64,000 bases of DNA from Patescibacteria group bacterium (GTDB lineage: Bacteria; Patescibacteriota; Patescibacteriia; SG8-24; DYFX01), in assembly GCA_038062835.1 (NCBI GenBank), contig JBBTWH010000005.1, positions 20,699-84,698 of the forward strand. Reading direction: 5' to 3'. Below the pieces are notes generated by a model that saw nothing but the letters and a program-made list of their open reading frames with translations, searched no databases and was not told the origin of the DNA. Numbering within the stretch: the first letter of the stretch is position 1; every line of letters begins with the position of its first letter. A program made the position numbers and the translations under genes. Shown here one piece after another: positions 45,131-54,457 of this stretch.

Positions 45131-46102
45131 ATGCCGCAGAAGCCCTATCGAATCGCGTTCTTCGGCACTTCTGATTTCGCCGTCCCGATCCTCGAACGCC
45201 TGAAGGCCGACGGAGACTTTTCGATCGTCGAAGTCGTCACCCAGCCTGACCGTCCGGTCGGGCGCCGTCGCATCATGACCGCCACGGCGGTGAAGCGCTC
45301 CGCCGAAGGGCTCGGACTCAAGGTCTGGCAGCCTGAAACCTTGAAGGATGAGGAGGCGTTCTCTCATCTCTCCGGACTCGGCGCCGTCGCCTATGTCGTC
45401 GTGGCGTACGGGAAGATCCTGCCTAAGCGCGTCCTCGAGATCCCCCGACTTGGAGGCGTGAACGTGCACGGCTCCATCCTTCCGGCGTATCGCGGAGCCT
45501 CGCCGATCGGAGCAGCCATCGCCGCAGGCGAAAAGGAGACCGGCATCACCGTCATGAAGATGGACGAGAAGCTCGATGAAGGACCCGTCCTGTCGATCGA
45601 GAAGATCGAGATCGGCGACGAAGACACGACCGAGGCGCTTTCTCGCAAGCTTTCCGCGCTCGCGGCCGGCATGATCGCTCCGACCCTGAAGCTCTACGTC
45701 GAAGGCCACGTCCAGCCGATGCCGCAGGACCACTCCAAGGCCACCTACACGAAAATCCTCGCGCGCGAAGACGGGCGCGTGGACTGGTCCAGATCCGCCG
45801 TCGAAATCGAGCGATTCGTCAGGGCGATGTCCCCGTGGCCGGGGGCGCACGCGGCCTGGACGCGCAAAGGGGCCGATCTCAAGCTGACCATCAAGAAGGC
45901 GTCCGTCCTGCATCCTGGCAGCAAATGCGACGCCGCCGGCAAGGCCGGTACCGTCTGCCGCCTGGCGGACGGCACGCTCGGCGTGAACTGCGGAGAAGGC
46001 TCGCTCCTGCTCGATGAAATCCAGCTCGAAGGCAAGAATGCCTCGGACGCCAAAAGCTTCCTGAACGGCTACCGCGACTTCGTCGGCGCGGAACTGTCAT
46101 AG
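45131..46102 (+). CDS. fmt: Methionyl-tRNA formyltransferase
   Basis: RIAFFGTSDFAVPILERL N-terminus, formyltransferase core (..HGSILP.YRG..P..) and C-terminal domain. Confidence 0.9.
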   Translation: MPQKPYRIAFFGTSDFAVPILERLKADGDFSIVEVVTQPDRPVGRRRIMTATAVKRSAEGLGLKVWQPETLKDEEAFSHLSGLGAVAYVVVAYGKILPKRVLEIPRLGGVNVHGSILPAYRGASPIGAAIAAGEKETGITVMKMDEKLDEGPVLSIEKIEIGDEDTTEALSRKLSALAAGMIAPTLKLYVEGHVQPMPQDHSKATYTKILAREDGRVDWSRSAVEIERFVRAMSPWPGAHAAWTRKGADLKLTIKKASVLHPGSKCDAAGKAGTVCRLADGTLGVNCGEGSLLLDEIQLEGKNASDAKSFLNGYRDFVGAELS

Positions 46103-46143
46103 CGAAAAATGCCGCCCCGGCCTACGCCGTGGTGGTTTTCGTT

Positions 46144-47658
46144 TCAAATCAATCGCGGCGGTTCCGCATGTTCAGGCGGCTCCTGCTCTTGCGCCGCGTG
46201 CAGGCCGATGACGACGAGCGCCAGGAAGCCCCAGCCGAGCGGATGATTGACGTAAGGCGTGAAGATGTTCGCGACGATGAAGGCGAGGAAGGAGAGCATC
46301 AATCCGGCCGCCAGCAGGCGATCGGTGCCGCGGGCCGTACCGATCGTCTTCCAGAAGAAGAGGCCGACGCGCCACCAGAGCCAGACGACGGCAAGAAGGC
46401 CGATGAGGCCCGTCTTCAGCCAGATCTCCAGGTACTGCCATTCGATGGCGCCCGTCGTCACGATGCCGCCGGGGTGCAGCTCGATGACGCGCGGGTCATC
46501 GGAGCGGTAGGTGATCGTCGAGCCGAAACCCGATCCGAGGATCGGCGACTTGGCGATGCCCTTCTTCAGAGGCTCGAGCTGGTTCCAGCGGCTCGTGACC
46601 GCGGCGTCGGAGGCGTCCGTGACGCGTCCGCCGTACGCGCTCCACGCGAAAGCGTCCGAGACTCGAGGCGGCAGCGGAAAGATCGCGAGGAACGCGAGCG
46701 CGCCGCCGGCGACGGCGAGAGCCGCTATGCCCGTGCCGAAGAAGCCGCCGATGCGGCGTAGCGGCACGATCTCATTGCGCACGAAGACCGGCAGCATGAA
46801 AGCCGACGACACGGCGGCTCCGAGCCATAAGCTGCGGGACAGGCTGAGCAGGAACGCGGCGGACGCAAGCGCGGTCCAGAGCAGTATCTTGCGTCGACCG
46901 TATGACCAGGAGAGCATCGTCCCGATGAAGACGGCAGGCAGCAGGAAGACGTCGGAGGCGGAGAAGACGCGGACCGCGCCGCCAGGGAGCAACGTGATTT
47001 CCCCGAGGCGCAGGACGCGCTGCCAGTCGAAGACGTCCTTCAGGACCGGCCCGAAATCGTGCGAGAAGAGGTAGAGCAGGATGAGGCTCTTGGCGGAAAG
47101 CCAGGCGACCGCGCCGACGAGCGGCCTGGTCAGCCAGGCGAATGCCTCGCGTCCGGCGAAGAGGTCGAGGCCGATCGGAATGAGCAGGAGGAAGGCGTAC
47201 CCGTTGGCGTCGTCGAATACCGACCTGAAAGAGGCGCCCTCGGCCAGTCCGCGCGTGGCGGCCAGGGTCAGCGCGGCGATGAAGAGAAGCAGGGGTGCCG
47301 AGACGTTCGCGTGGCGGAAGTGCAGGACGCGCGAACAGCCGCGCATGGCGTGGATGATCCAGCCGACGACGAGCGTCGCGAACAGGACCATACGGATCGA
47401 CAGGGCGAATCCGAAGATTTCCGCCGTAAACAGGCGCCCATGCGTGCCGATGACCATCTCGACCATCAAGAGCGCGAAGAGCCAGCGCAGGTCCGTCAGC
47501 GCGAAAGCCGCGGCGACGGCGGCCAGGACGACGAACGCCGCGACCCTGACGCCTGGCGCGAGAAAACCGAGGAACGACAAGCACTCGACCGCCATGCAAA
47601 GCATGAAGACGGTGGAGGGCAGGCGGACCGTCAGCGCTTGTCTCGGACTGATTTCCAT
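46144..47658 (-). CDS. O-antigen ligase/polymerase-like (Wzy/WaaL family) polytopic membrane protein
   Basis: 504 aa, at least 10 TM helices with a large periplasmic loop. Located in a glycan cluster. Confidence 0.5.
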   Translation of the reverse strand: MEISPRQALTVRLPSTVFMLCMAVECLSFLGFLAPGVRVAAFVVLAAVAAAFALTDLRWLFALLMVEMVIGTHGRLFTAEIFGFALSIRMVLFATLVVGWIIHAMRGCSRVLHFRHANVSAPLLLFIAALTLAATRGLAEGASFRSVFDDANGYAFLLLIPIGLDLFAGREAFAWLTRPLVGAVAWLSAKSLILLYLFSHDFGPVLKDVFDWQRVLRLGEITLLPGGAVRVFSASDVFLLPAVFIGTMLSWSYGRRKILLWTALASAAFLLSLSRSLWLGAAVSSAFMLPVFVRNEIVPLRRIGGFFGTGIAALAVAGGALAFLAIFPLPPRVSDAFAWSAYGGRVTDASDAAVTSRWNQLEPLKKGIAKSPILGSGFGSTITYRSDDPRVIELHPGGIVTTGAIEWQYLEIWLKTGLIGLLAVVWLWWRVGLFFWKTIGTARGTDRLLAAGLMLSFLAFIVANIFTPYVNHPLGWGFLALVVIGLHAAQEQEPPEHAEPPRLI

Positions 47659-48518
47659 AGGGAGTTGGCGGAAGCGGCCAGGAGGCCGACGAGCATCGGC
47701 AGGGCGAGGACGGCGAGCGACCAGGCGCCGCGGTGCTTCCTGAAATATTTCGCCATGCTGGACGTGAAGTAGCGCTGCTTCCTAAGCGTCATCGCCTGGG
47801 CGAAGCTGGCGCCGCCGTGATGGATGACCTGGACCGTCGGCAGGTAGACGACGCCCCAGCCGGCAGCCTTGGCGCGCTTGCAGAAATCGACGTCCTCGAA
47901 CCAGATGAAGAAGCGCTCGTCGAGCAGGCCGACGCTCTCGAAGACCTTACGGCGGACGAAGAGGGCCGCGCCCATCAGCTGATCGACATCCTGTTCCTTG
48001 CCGTAGTCGAGATCCTTGGCGAGATACGTCCTGAACGGCGGCGCTGACGGCCAGACATGCTGCAGCTTGAGCAGGATGAGAGCCTGGTCGATGAGGCCCG
48101 GGAACTTGCGGACGGACTCCTGCAGCGATCCGTCATGGTTCAGGAGCTTAGGACCGATGATGCCGACGTCGGGACGCGCCGCCATCCATTCCAGCGTCCG
48201 CTTCAGGGCGCCTTTGGTGACGCGGGTATCCGGATTCAGCAGCGCTACGACGCGGCCGGAACAGCGGCGGATGGCCTGGTTGTTGGCTTTGGCGAAGCCG
48301 AGATTACGGTCGTTCCTGATGAGCGTGACGGGCACGTCAGAACGGGCGCGGAACTTGGCGACGACGTCCTCGATATGATCCTTGGAGTCATTATCGACGA
48401 TGTAGACCTCGAGCGCCAGGTCTTCCTTGTTGGAGGCGATGGAACCCAAAAGTTCGCCGACGAGATCGGCGACTTTCCAGTTGACTGTGACGATGCTTAG
48501 GTCGGCGGGACGACTCAT
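47631..48518 (-). CDS. Family 2 glycosyltransferase
   Basis: SIVTVNWKVADL...VYIVDNDSKD GT-A fold with DxD. Confidence 0.8.
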   Translation of the reverse strand: MSRPADLSIVTVNWKVADLVGELLGSIASNKEDLALEVYIVDNDSKDHIEDVVAKFRARSDVPVTLIRNDRNLGFAKANNQAIRRCSGRVVALLNPDTRVTKGALKRTLEWMAARPDVGIIGPKLLNHDGSLQESVRKFPGLIDQALILLKLQHVWPSAPPFRTYLAKDLDYGKEQDVDQLMGAALFVRRKVFESVGLLDERFFIWFEDVDFCKRAKAAGWGVVYLPTVQVIHHGGASFAQAMTLRKQRYFTSSMAKYFRKHRGAWSLAVLALPMLVGLLAASANSLWKSVRDKR

Positions 48519-49219
48519 GTCTGCAATTGATGTTTCTTCCTGATGACTGCGGCGGCGTCCTCGTACTCGCGTATGCGCTTAGGCATCCAGCCGATGCGCT
48601 TCCACGGGATGCGGTAGACGATTTTCGGCATCCAGTTCGAGATGTTGCGGCGCTTGGTGAGCACGCGGCAGAGGACTTCAGGCACCCATACGCCGACGTC
48701 TCCCCTTTCGAGCATCGTGAGCCAAAGATCCCAGTCCTGGAAGCGCTTGAGAGATTCGTCGAAGCCCGGGAAGCGCTCTCGGCGGATGAGCGAACCCGTC
48801 TGCATGTAATTATGCTTCTTCAAACGCTCCGCATCGAACGGCCAGAGGCGGAAGAGCTTCCAGCCGAATCGGAACGAGGCGTAGGCGTAGGCCGCTTCGG
48901 GGCGCTCGGCGAGCGCGGCGGCGAGCTTGGCGAGAGCGTCCTTCCGCCAGACGATGTCGGCGTCGCTGAAGATGACGAGGCTGCCGGAACTTTCGCGGAA
49001 ACCGCGGTTGCGGGCCGACGGGCCTCCCCTATTCTCCTGGCGCACCAGTCGGCAGCGCCCACGATACGGAGCGAGCGCGGCATCGAGATCGTCGGTCGAG
49101 CCGTCATCGACCACGACGATCTCGAGGTCGCGATGCGTCTGCGCCAAAAGGCCGTCCAGCGTCCTGCCGATGGTGGCGGCGTGATCGTAGCACGGGATGA
49201 TGACGGAGATGCGGCTCAT
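48515..49219 (-). CDS. Family 2 glycosyltransferase
   Basis: ISVIIPCYDHAATIGRTLDGLLAQTH...VVDDGSTD. Confidence 0.8.
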   Translation of the reverse strand: MSRISVIIPCYDHAATIGRTLDGLLAQTHRDLEIVVVDDGSTDDLDAALAPYRGRCRLVRQENRGGPSARNRGFRESSGSLVIFSDADIVWRKDALAKLAAALAERPEAAYAYASFRFGWKLFRLWPFDAERLKKHNYMQTGSLIRRERFPGFDESLKRFQDWDLWLTMLERGDVGVWVPEVLCRVLTKRRNISNWMPKIVYRIPWKRIGWMPKRIREYEDAAAVIRKKHQLQT

Positions 49220-50340
49220 AGCGTCTCAAGCCGCGCGCGAAGCTTCGCGGCCTGTTTCGGCCAGTTGAACTCCGAGTTGGCGCGCCGTCGGCCCGCTTCG
49301 CCGTAGGCGGCGGCGCGGGTCCGATCCGTCAGCATGCGGCAGACTTCGTCGGCCAAAAGATCGTCGCCCGCGTCCTCGGAGAGCACCGTGGCCGTCGCGC
49401 CGCCGACCACCGCTTCAGGAATGCCGCCCACGCGCGTCGTGACGATCGGCAGGCCGTGCGCCTGGGCTTCGACCAGCACGATGCCGAAACCCTCGACGTC
49501 GCCGGCGACCTCGCGCGCGGGCAGGACGAACGCGTCCGCCGCGCCGAAATAATAATGCAGCTTCTCGCGCGGCACGGACGCATGGAACATCACGTACGGT
49601 TTGAGGGCGTGGCGCGCGGCTTCACGCTCCAACGCTTCACGTTCCGGACCGGAGCCGACCAGAAGATAGACCACGTCGCCGCAGGATTTGCGCAGGCGGA
49701 AGAGGGCCCGGATCATCCGATCGAATCCCTTGCGGCGCGCCAGACGCCCCACCGAGAGCACCACCAGCCGCCGATCGAAACCGAGTTCACGCTTAGCTTC
49801 CGCCTTGTCGTCCATCGCCGAGTGGCCAAGGCCCGGGCAAGGGAAAACGACTTCCGTCCTTTCGCGCGGCGCGCCGGCGGCCACCGCCAAGGCGCGGGTA
49901 TATTCGCTGTTGGCCACGACCAGGTCGGCGTTCCGAAGCACGTGGCGCGCGCAAAGACGCTTCCATGGCGAGCGGGCGGCGAAATGAAGATCAGTCCCGT
50001 GCGTGAAAACGACGTACGGCAGCTTCCACAGTCGCTTCAGCATGAGCGCGACATACCCCATCGGCAGGAGATGCGAGACGGCCAGCGCCTCGGCGCGTTC
50101 CTCGCGGACGGCGCTCACGACCGGACCGAGAGCCGCGAGCCAGCGCCACGGTAAGCGGCGTGGACCGAGCAGGCGCGCGTGCCGGATCGGATACATGGCC
50201 GGCGGCGTCTCCCCTTTCGCGGCATCCGTCAGCACCGCGACGCGATCATGCGGAAGCGCGGAGAAGAGGCCATAGAGGTACTCGGCTACGCCGCCGCGCA
50301 TCGGCGGAAACTCAAGGGTGGCGAGCAGGATCTTCTTCAT
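49216..50340 (-). CDS. Family 4 (GT-B) glycosyltransferase
   Basis: Start placed at MKKILLATLEFPPMRGGVAEY. C-terminal EAQAHGLPIVTTRVGGIPE motif. The tracked ORF has a 71-codon Arg-rich upstream extension. Confidence 0.8.
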   Translation of the reverse strand: MKKILLATLEFPPMRGGVAEYLYGLFSALPHDRVAVLTDAAKGETPPAMYPIRHARLLGPRRLPWRWLAALGPVVSAVREERAEALAVSHLLPMGYVALMLKRLWKLPYVVFTHGTDLHFAARSPWKRLCARHVLRNADLVVANSEYTRALAVAAGAPRERTEVVFPCPGLGHSAMDDKAEAKRELGFDRRLVVLSVGRLARRKGFDRMIRALFRLRKSCGDVVYLLVGSGPEREALEREAARHALKPYVMFHASVPREKLHYYFGAADAFVLPAREVAGDVEGFGIVLVEAQAHGLPIVTTRVGGIPEAVVGGATATVLSEDAGDDLLADEVCRMLTDRTRAAAYGEAGRRRANSEFNWPKQAAKLRARLETL

Positions 50341-51773
50341 ACGGAACGGGTGCGCACGCCGACGAGCAGTCCCTTGAGATCGGCGACCGTGACGGCGCGC
50401 AGGGCGAAAGCGGCGGCCGGATACAGGGCGACGCCGGCGAGCACCGCGATCGGGAACGGCACGTAGGTCTTGGCAAGCGTGACGCCGACGAACATCGCGG
50501 CCGCGGCGAGCGAAGCGCGGATCGCGACGCCGAAGAACTTCAAGGCAGGCCATTCGAGGAACTTCCCGACGGCGATGAAGCCGCCGACGAGGAGCGCCGT
50601 ATGGCTGACGATCGAAGCGACGACGACGCCGGTCAATCCGAGCGCCGGGATGAGCGCGACGTTCAGGACGACCGAGATGACGGTCGCCATGCCCATGAGC
50701 TTCGTCTGCGTCATCTGACGGTCGGAGGCGTTGAGCAGCGAGCCGATCGGGAAGTCGAGGAAGATCGGCAAGACGGAAAGGATGAGGAGCTGGACGGCGG
50801 CGACGGCAGGCAGATAGTCCTTGCCATACACGAAATCCACGAGTTCCGGCGCGAGCGCCATGATGCCGGCGGCGATCGGAGCGGCGATGAGCATGAGCGC
50901 CCAGAGCGCCTTGTAGAAGAGGTCGCCCAACGCCTTCTTGTCGGCGGCCCAGGCGCGGCTCATGGCCGGATAGAAGGCGGCCGTGAAGGCCATCGGCACG
51001 AACTGGAAGGCGAAGGTGAGCTTGTACGGCACGCTATAGAGTCCGGCGGCGGCCTCGCCCTTGAAGTGCGTCAGGAGCACCGCGTCGGCGCTGGTATAGA
51101 CCTTCACGAAGGCGCCCGCCAGCGCGAACGGGACGGCCATGCGCAGGATCTTCTTGGCGAAGCTCCAGTCCCACGAGAGGCGCGCGCGGATGCCGAGGCG
51201 CTTCCGGACGATCCACATCGAAGCCAGCGCGTTCCAGAAACTGCCGGCGATAAGGGCGACGACGAGGACGCCGAGCGGCGCGCCGAGCTTGAGCGCCGTC
51301 AGGCCGACGGCCATCGTGATGGACTGCCCCGCGATGAGGCCGAGGCCTTCGTATTTCAGGACGTGGTGCGCGCGCAGGACGCCGTAGAACGTGAGCGAGA
51401 TGGCGTCGAGCGAGATGACGATCGCCGCCAGCATCACGAGCACGCGCGTCCCCGGCGCGATATGGAAGAGCCACGCGCCGACGACGGCGGCGAGGACCGC
51501 GACGGCCGTGAGCGGGAGCTTCAGCGCGAGCGTCTGGTTGAGGTACTTCTCGGTCTGCAGCTTGTCCTTGGCCGCCTCGCGGATCAGGACGGGCGTAAGC
51601 CCCATGTCGGTGATGGTCGTGAACATCAAGGTCCACGACAGCGCGAAGAAGTAGGAACCCGTGTCCTCGACGCCGGCCCAGCGCGCGATGAGCGCGAAGT
51701 ACACGAAGGCGATGGCCTTCTGGAGGACCGAGGAGGTCAGCAGATGAAAGATGTTGGTCGCAACCCCGGGCAT
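50337..51773 (-). CDS. wzx: Oligosaccharide flippase (Wzx, MOP superfamily)
   Basis: 478 aa, about 14 TM helices. N-terminus resembles polysaccharide biosynthesis protein / Wzx. Confidence 0.75.
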   Translation of the reverse strand: MPGVATNIFHLLTSSVLQKAIAFVYFALIARWAGVEDTGSYFFALSWTLMFTTITDMGLTPVLIREAAKDKLQTEKYLNQTLALKLPLTAVAVLAAVVGAWLFHIAPGTRVLVMLAAIVISLDAISLTFYGVLRAHHVLKYEGLGLIAGQSITMAVGLTALKLGAPLGVLVVALIAGSFWNALASMWIVRKRLGIRARLSWDWSFAKKILRMAVPFALAGAFVKVYTSADAVLLTHFKGEAAAGLYSVPYKLTFAFQFVPMAFTAAFYPAMSRAWAADKKALGDLFYKALWALMLIAAPIAAGIMALAPELVDFVYGKDYLPAVAAVQLLILSVLPIFLDFPIGSLLNASDRQMTQTKLMGMATVISVVLNVALIPALGLTGVVVASIVSHTALLVGGFIAVGKFLEWPALKFFGVAIRASLAAAAMFVGVTLAKTYVPFPIAVLAGVALYPAAAFALRAVTVADLKGLLVGVRTRSV

Positions 51774-51965
51774 ATCGACCTAATTTTGCCTTATCCGGGC
51801 CAAAAAAACAACCCGCGGCCGGCGGGTCCTGTCCCCTGCGGCCGCCCCTCCGCTGCGCTCGCTTCGCTGCGCGGTCGGAGGGACGTCCTCCGGTGCCACC
51901 CGCCTACCACGGCGTGAAAATCGCCTTGACCAGGCCACGCGGCCTCGATATGCTCGAGGTGCTCT

Positions 51966-52376
51966 TTGTGGAAGAAAAAAGTGGAGGAAAAAATGAAGAT
52001 GATCGCCACGACCACCGAGCAGATGCTCGAGACCGTCCTGTTCCATATCCACGCGTCCGGCTGGGTGAAGGCTGAGGTCGAGAAGCTTGTCGACGTCTGC
52101 CTCGCCTTCCTGGGCTGCACGCGGCGCTGCATCTACCGGCAGCCGAGCGGTCCGGACCTGCGCGACCGTCTGCGCGCCTGCGTCGAGGCCGACATCGCCG
52201 CGCTCGTCGCCAAGGGCTACGCCCAGCGCACCGTCAGCTGCGTCCTGCTCACCTCCGTGGGCGTCCAGCAGGCCTACTACCTGAAGCCCGAGCAGGCCAT
52301 GTACGGCTCGCTCCTGCCGGTCACCTCCGTCATCTTCCCTCCCCGACCCGCACCCCTCACGGCCGCCAGGCCGTGA
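51966..52376 (+). CDS. Hypothetical protein
   Basis: 136 aa, no family recognised. Possible promoter TTGACC, 17 nt, TATGCT at about 51922-51950. Confidence 0.3.
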   Translation: MWKKKVEEKMKMIATTTEQMLETVLFHIHASGWVKAEVEKLVDVCLAFLGCTRRCIYRQPSGPDLRDRLRACVEADIAALVAKGYAQRTVSCVLLTSVGVQQAYYLKPEQAMYGSLLPVTSVIFPPRPAPLTAARP

Positions 52377-52423
52377 GTTTTTTCCAAAACCAAAATACCG
52401 CCATACGGCGGTATTTCTTGTCC

Positions 52424-52681
52424 TTACCTAGCATCCCTCATGAACTCCTCCTCGCTACAAATCTTGTGTTTTTCCAGCCATTCAGCCAGTCCTTTCACAA
52501 TGAAGAGATTGGCTTCGCGGTGCGACAGCGGAATCGGGTAAGAATCCATTCCATTTTTTAGCTCAACTTTCCAGTGGCGCCCCTCATCAGTGAGGTCGAT
52601 CAGTTCTTTCTTTGCCAGGCGCTTGAGTGCCCGTTTAACAGTCCGGGACTTGATGAGCCCCCATGGATTCTTCCCCATAGG
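52424..52681 (-). CDS. HicA-like (YcfA family) toxin candidate
   Basis: Start placed at MGKNPWGLIK.... ...DEGRHWKVELKNGMDSYPIPLSHREANLFIVKGL... resembles the HicA GSH..K.P....VTVP.H..DL..GT..SI pattern. Low-GC region (about 48%). Confidence 0.4.
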   Translation of the reverse strand, partial: PMGKNPWGLIKSRTVKRALKRLAKKELIDLTDEGRHWKVELKNGMDSYPIPLSHREANLFIVKGLAEWLEKHKICSEEEFMRDAR

Positions 52682-52683
52682 TT

Positions 52684-53055
52684 TTACGCTTTGACGACCT
52701 GCAGGTGAGACTGGAAGGCGCTCATTTGCACCTTGCCATCGTTCAACTTCACCCATTCATCCTGAGGCGGCCGATAGGAGCGGACATGGAGCATCTTCTC
52801 CTTGTGTCGCGCTTTGATCCCGTACGCAGTGTAAAGGCAGTCGTTGACCATCAAGAAGAGGTCCTCGGCGTCCTTGCCCTGAGTGCGGTACTCCTTCCCA
52901 TCAGCAACAATTTTGGCGACGATATATCCAGAATCACGAAACCAATCGACCCTCAAATTCTGAGGAAGCTTGTGGAAGTAAGCTTCAGCCACCTCAGCAA
53001 AAAAGTCGTCGGGTTCGAACCTCTCCTTCAACTTCTGGATAAGACGCATAAACAT
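52684..53055 (-). CDS. HicB-like antitoxin candidate
   Basis: 123 aa. ...DSGYIVAKIVADGKEYRTQGKDAEDLFLMVNDCLYTAYG... resembles the HicB N-terminal GY.A.....G...G.T.EEA pattern. Directly upstream of and co-oriented with the HicA-like ORF. Confidence 0.4.
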   Translation of the reverse strand: MFMRLIQKLKERFEPDDFFAEVAEAYFHKLPQNLRVDWFRDSGYIVAKIVADGKEYRTQGKDAEDLFLMVNDCLYTAYGIKARHKEKMLHVRSYRPPQDEWVKLNDGKVQMSAFQSHLQVVKA

Positions 53056-53179
53056 ACAATCGTGTGAAGATTATGGTCGTTTCCCATTATTTTGTCAATG
53101 GGCGGTGGCGAAGCCATGATACCCCAGGACACTGGCTTAGGTACAGACGGACTTCCCACGTTTTCGTTACTTCTTAACA

Positions 53180-53208
53180 ACAAACCCCACCAATTAAGGT
53201 GGGGTTTG
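53180..53208. terminator. Bidirectional rho-independent terminator (rpsI 3' end and HicAB islet)
   Basis: ccccacc-aattaa-ggtgggg with tttgggg on the plus strand and tttgttgtt on the minus strand. Confidence 0.7.
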
Positions 53209-53217
53209 GGGTGTCCG

Positions 53218-53733
53218 TTAGCGCTTGGCCCACTGCGGGCTCTTGCGGGCCTTCTTCAAGCCGTACTTCTTGCGTTCCTTTTCGCGTGGGTCGCGGGTGA
53301 GGACGCCGAGGGGCTTCAGGGTGGTGCGGAGGTCGGGGTTGTGGACGAGGAGGGCGCGGGCGATGCCGAGCTTGACGGCATCGGCCTGGCCGCGGATGCC
53401 GCCGCCCTTGGCGCGGACGACGACGTCGGCGGTCTCGCTGACGCCGGCGGCCTTCAGCGGAACGAGGATCGCGTCCTGGAGGTCGGCGACGGGGAAGTAG
53501 TCCGCCATGGCCTTATCGTTGACGACGATCTTGCCTGAGCCCTGGAGGTACAGGCGCACCTGGGCGGTGCCGCTCTTGCGGCGTCCGAGCGCGTAGTGGT
53601 ACGCGCCGGTGGCCTCGTGGACGGGAGCCTTCTTCGGCTTCTCATCATGCGCCTTGGCGGCCTTCCCCTCGGCTTTGCTCGGGGCATGCTTGGCTGCGGG
53701 CTTCTTGACGGTGGTCGGTTTCTTGGTCGTCAT
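53218..53733 (-). CDS. rpsI: 30S ribosomal protein S9 (with Lys/Ala/Pro-rich N-terminal extension)
   Basis: C-terminal ...GGGIRGQADAVKLGIARAL......RDPREKERKKYGLKKARKSPQWAKR. Confidence 0.95.
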   Translation of the reverse strand: MTTKKPTTVKKPAAKHAPSKAEGKAAKAHDEKPKKAPVHEATGAYHYALGRRKSGTAQVRLYLQGSGKIVVNDKAMADYFPVADLQDAILVPLKAAGVSETADVVVRAKGGGIRGQADAVKLGIARALLVHNPDLRTTLKPLGVLTRDPREKERKKYGLKKARKSPQWAKR

Positions 53734-53737
53734 AGGC

Positions 53738-54103
53738 TTACTTCACGACCGTCAGGCGCTTCATGCGGCGCGCGCGGAGGGTATTCTTGGGGAGCATGCG
53801 GTCGACGGCCGACTTCAGGATGCGGGTCGGGTTCTTCTCCATGACGTCGCGGGCGCGGCGGGCCTTCATGCCGCCCGGGTAGCCGGAGTAGTTGAAGTAG
53901 TGCTTCTGATCGAGCTTGTTGCCGGTGAAACGGATCTTCGAGGCGTTCTTGACGCGGACGAGGTCACCGGAGTCGACGTTCGGCGCGTAGGTCGCCTTGT
54001 GCTTCCCCATGAGGAGGCGGGCGATCTCCGACGCCAGGCGGCCGACGACTTTGCCTTCGGCGTCGATCTCGACGATCTTGCGGTTGATGGGAGCATGCGG
54101 CAT
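53738..54103 (-). CDS. rplM: 50S ribosomal protein L13
   Basis: IDAEGKVVGRLAS.IA..L.GKHK..Y.P..D.GD.VVVINA. Confidence 0.95.
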   Translation of the reverse strand: MPHAPINRKIVEIDAEGKVVGRLASEIARLLMGKHKATYAPNVDSGDLVRVKNASKIRFTGNKLDQKHYFNYSGYPGGMKARRARDVMEKNPTRILKSAVDRMLPKNTLRARRMKRLTVVK

Positions 54104-54104
54104 A

Positions 54105-54455
54105 TCAGACGAGTTCGATCATCACCATCTCGGCGGCGTCGCCTTCGCGGCGTTTGAGCGGCGTGATGCGGGTATAGCCGCCCTTGCGGTCCTTGTACTT
54201 CGGGCCGATCTCCGTGACGATCTTCTTCACGGCGTTGTTCACCATGAGCATCTTGTGGAGCTGGCGGCGCGAGTTCAGAGTCGGGGTGCGGCCCACCGTG
54301 ATCGCCTTCTCCACCAGGGAGCGGACGAACTTGGCCTTGGCCTTGGTCGTCTTCACCTTCTCGTAGAGGATGATGGAGGTCGCCAAATTCTGGAGCAGCG
54401 CTTCGCGCGGTCCTTTGGTGCGGCCCAGGATGGCTTTCTTGACGCGGTGGCGCAT
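54105..54455 (-). CDS. rplQ: 50S ribosomal protein L17
   Basis: MRHRVKKAILGRTKGPREALLQNLATSIILYEKVKTT.AKAK. Confidence 0.95.
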   Translation of the reverse strand: MRHRVKKAILGRTKGPREALLQNLATSIILYEKVKTTKAKAKFVRSLVEKAITVGRTPTLNSRRQLHKMLMVNNAVKKIVTEIGPKYKDRKGGYTRITPLKRREGDAAEMVMIELV

Positions 54456-54457
54456 AT

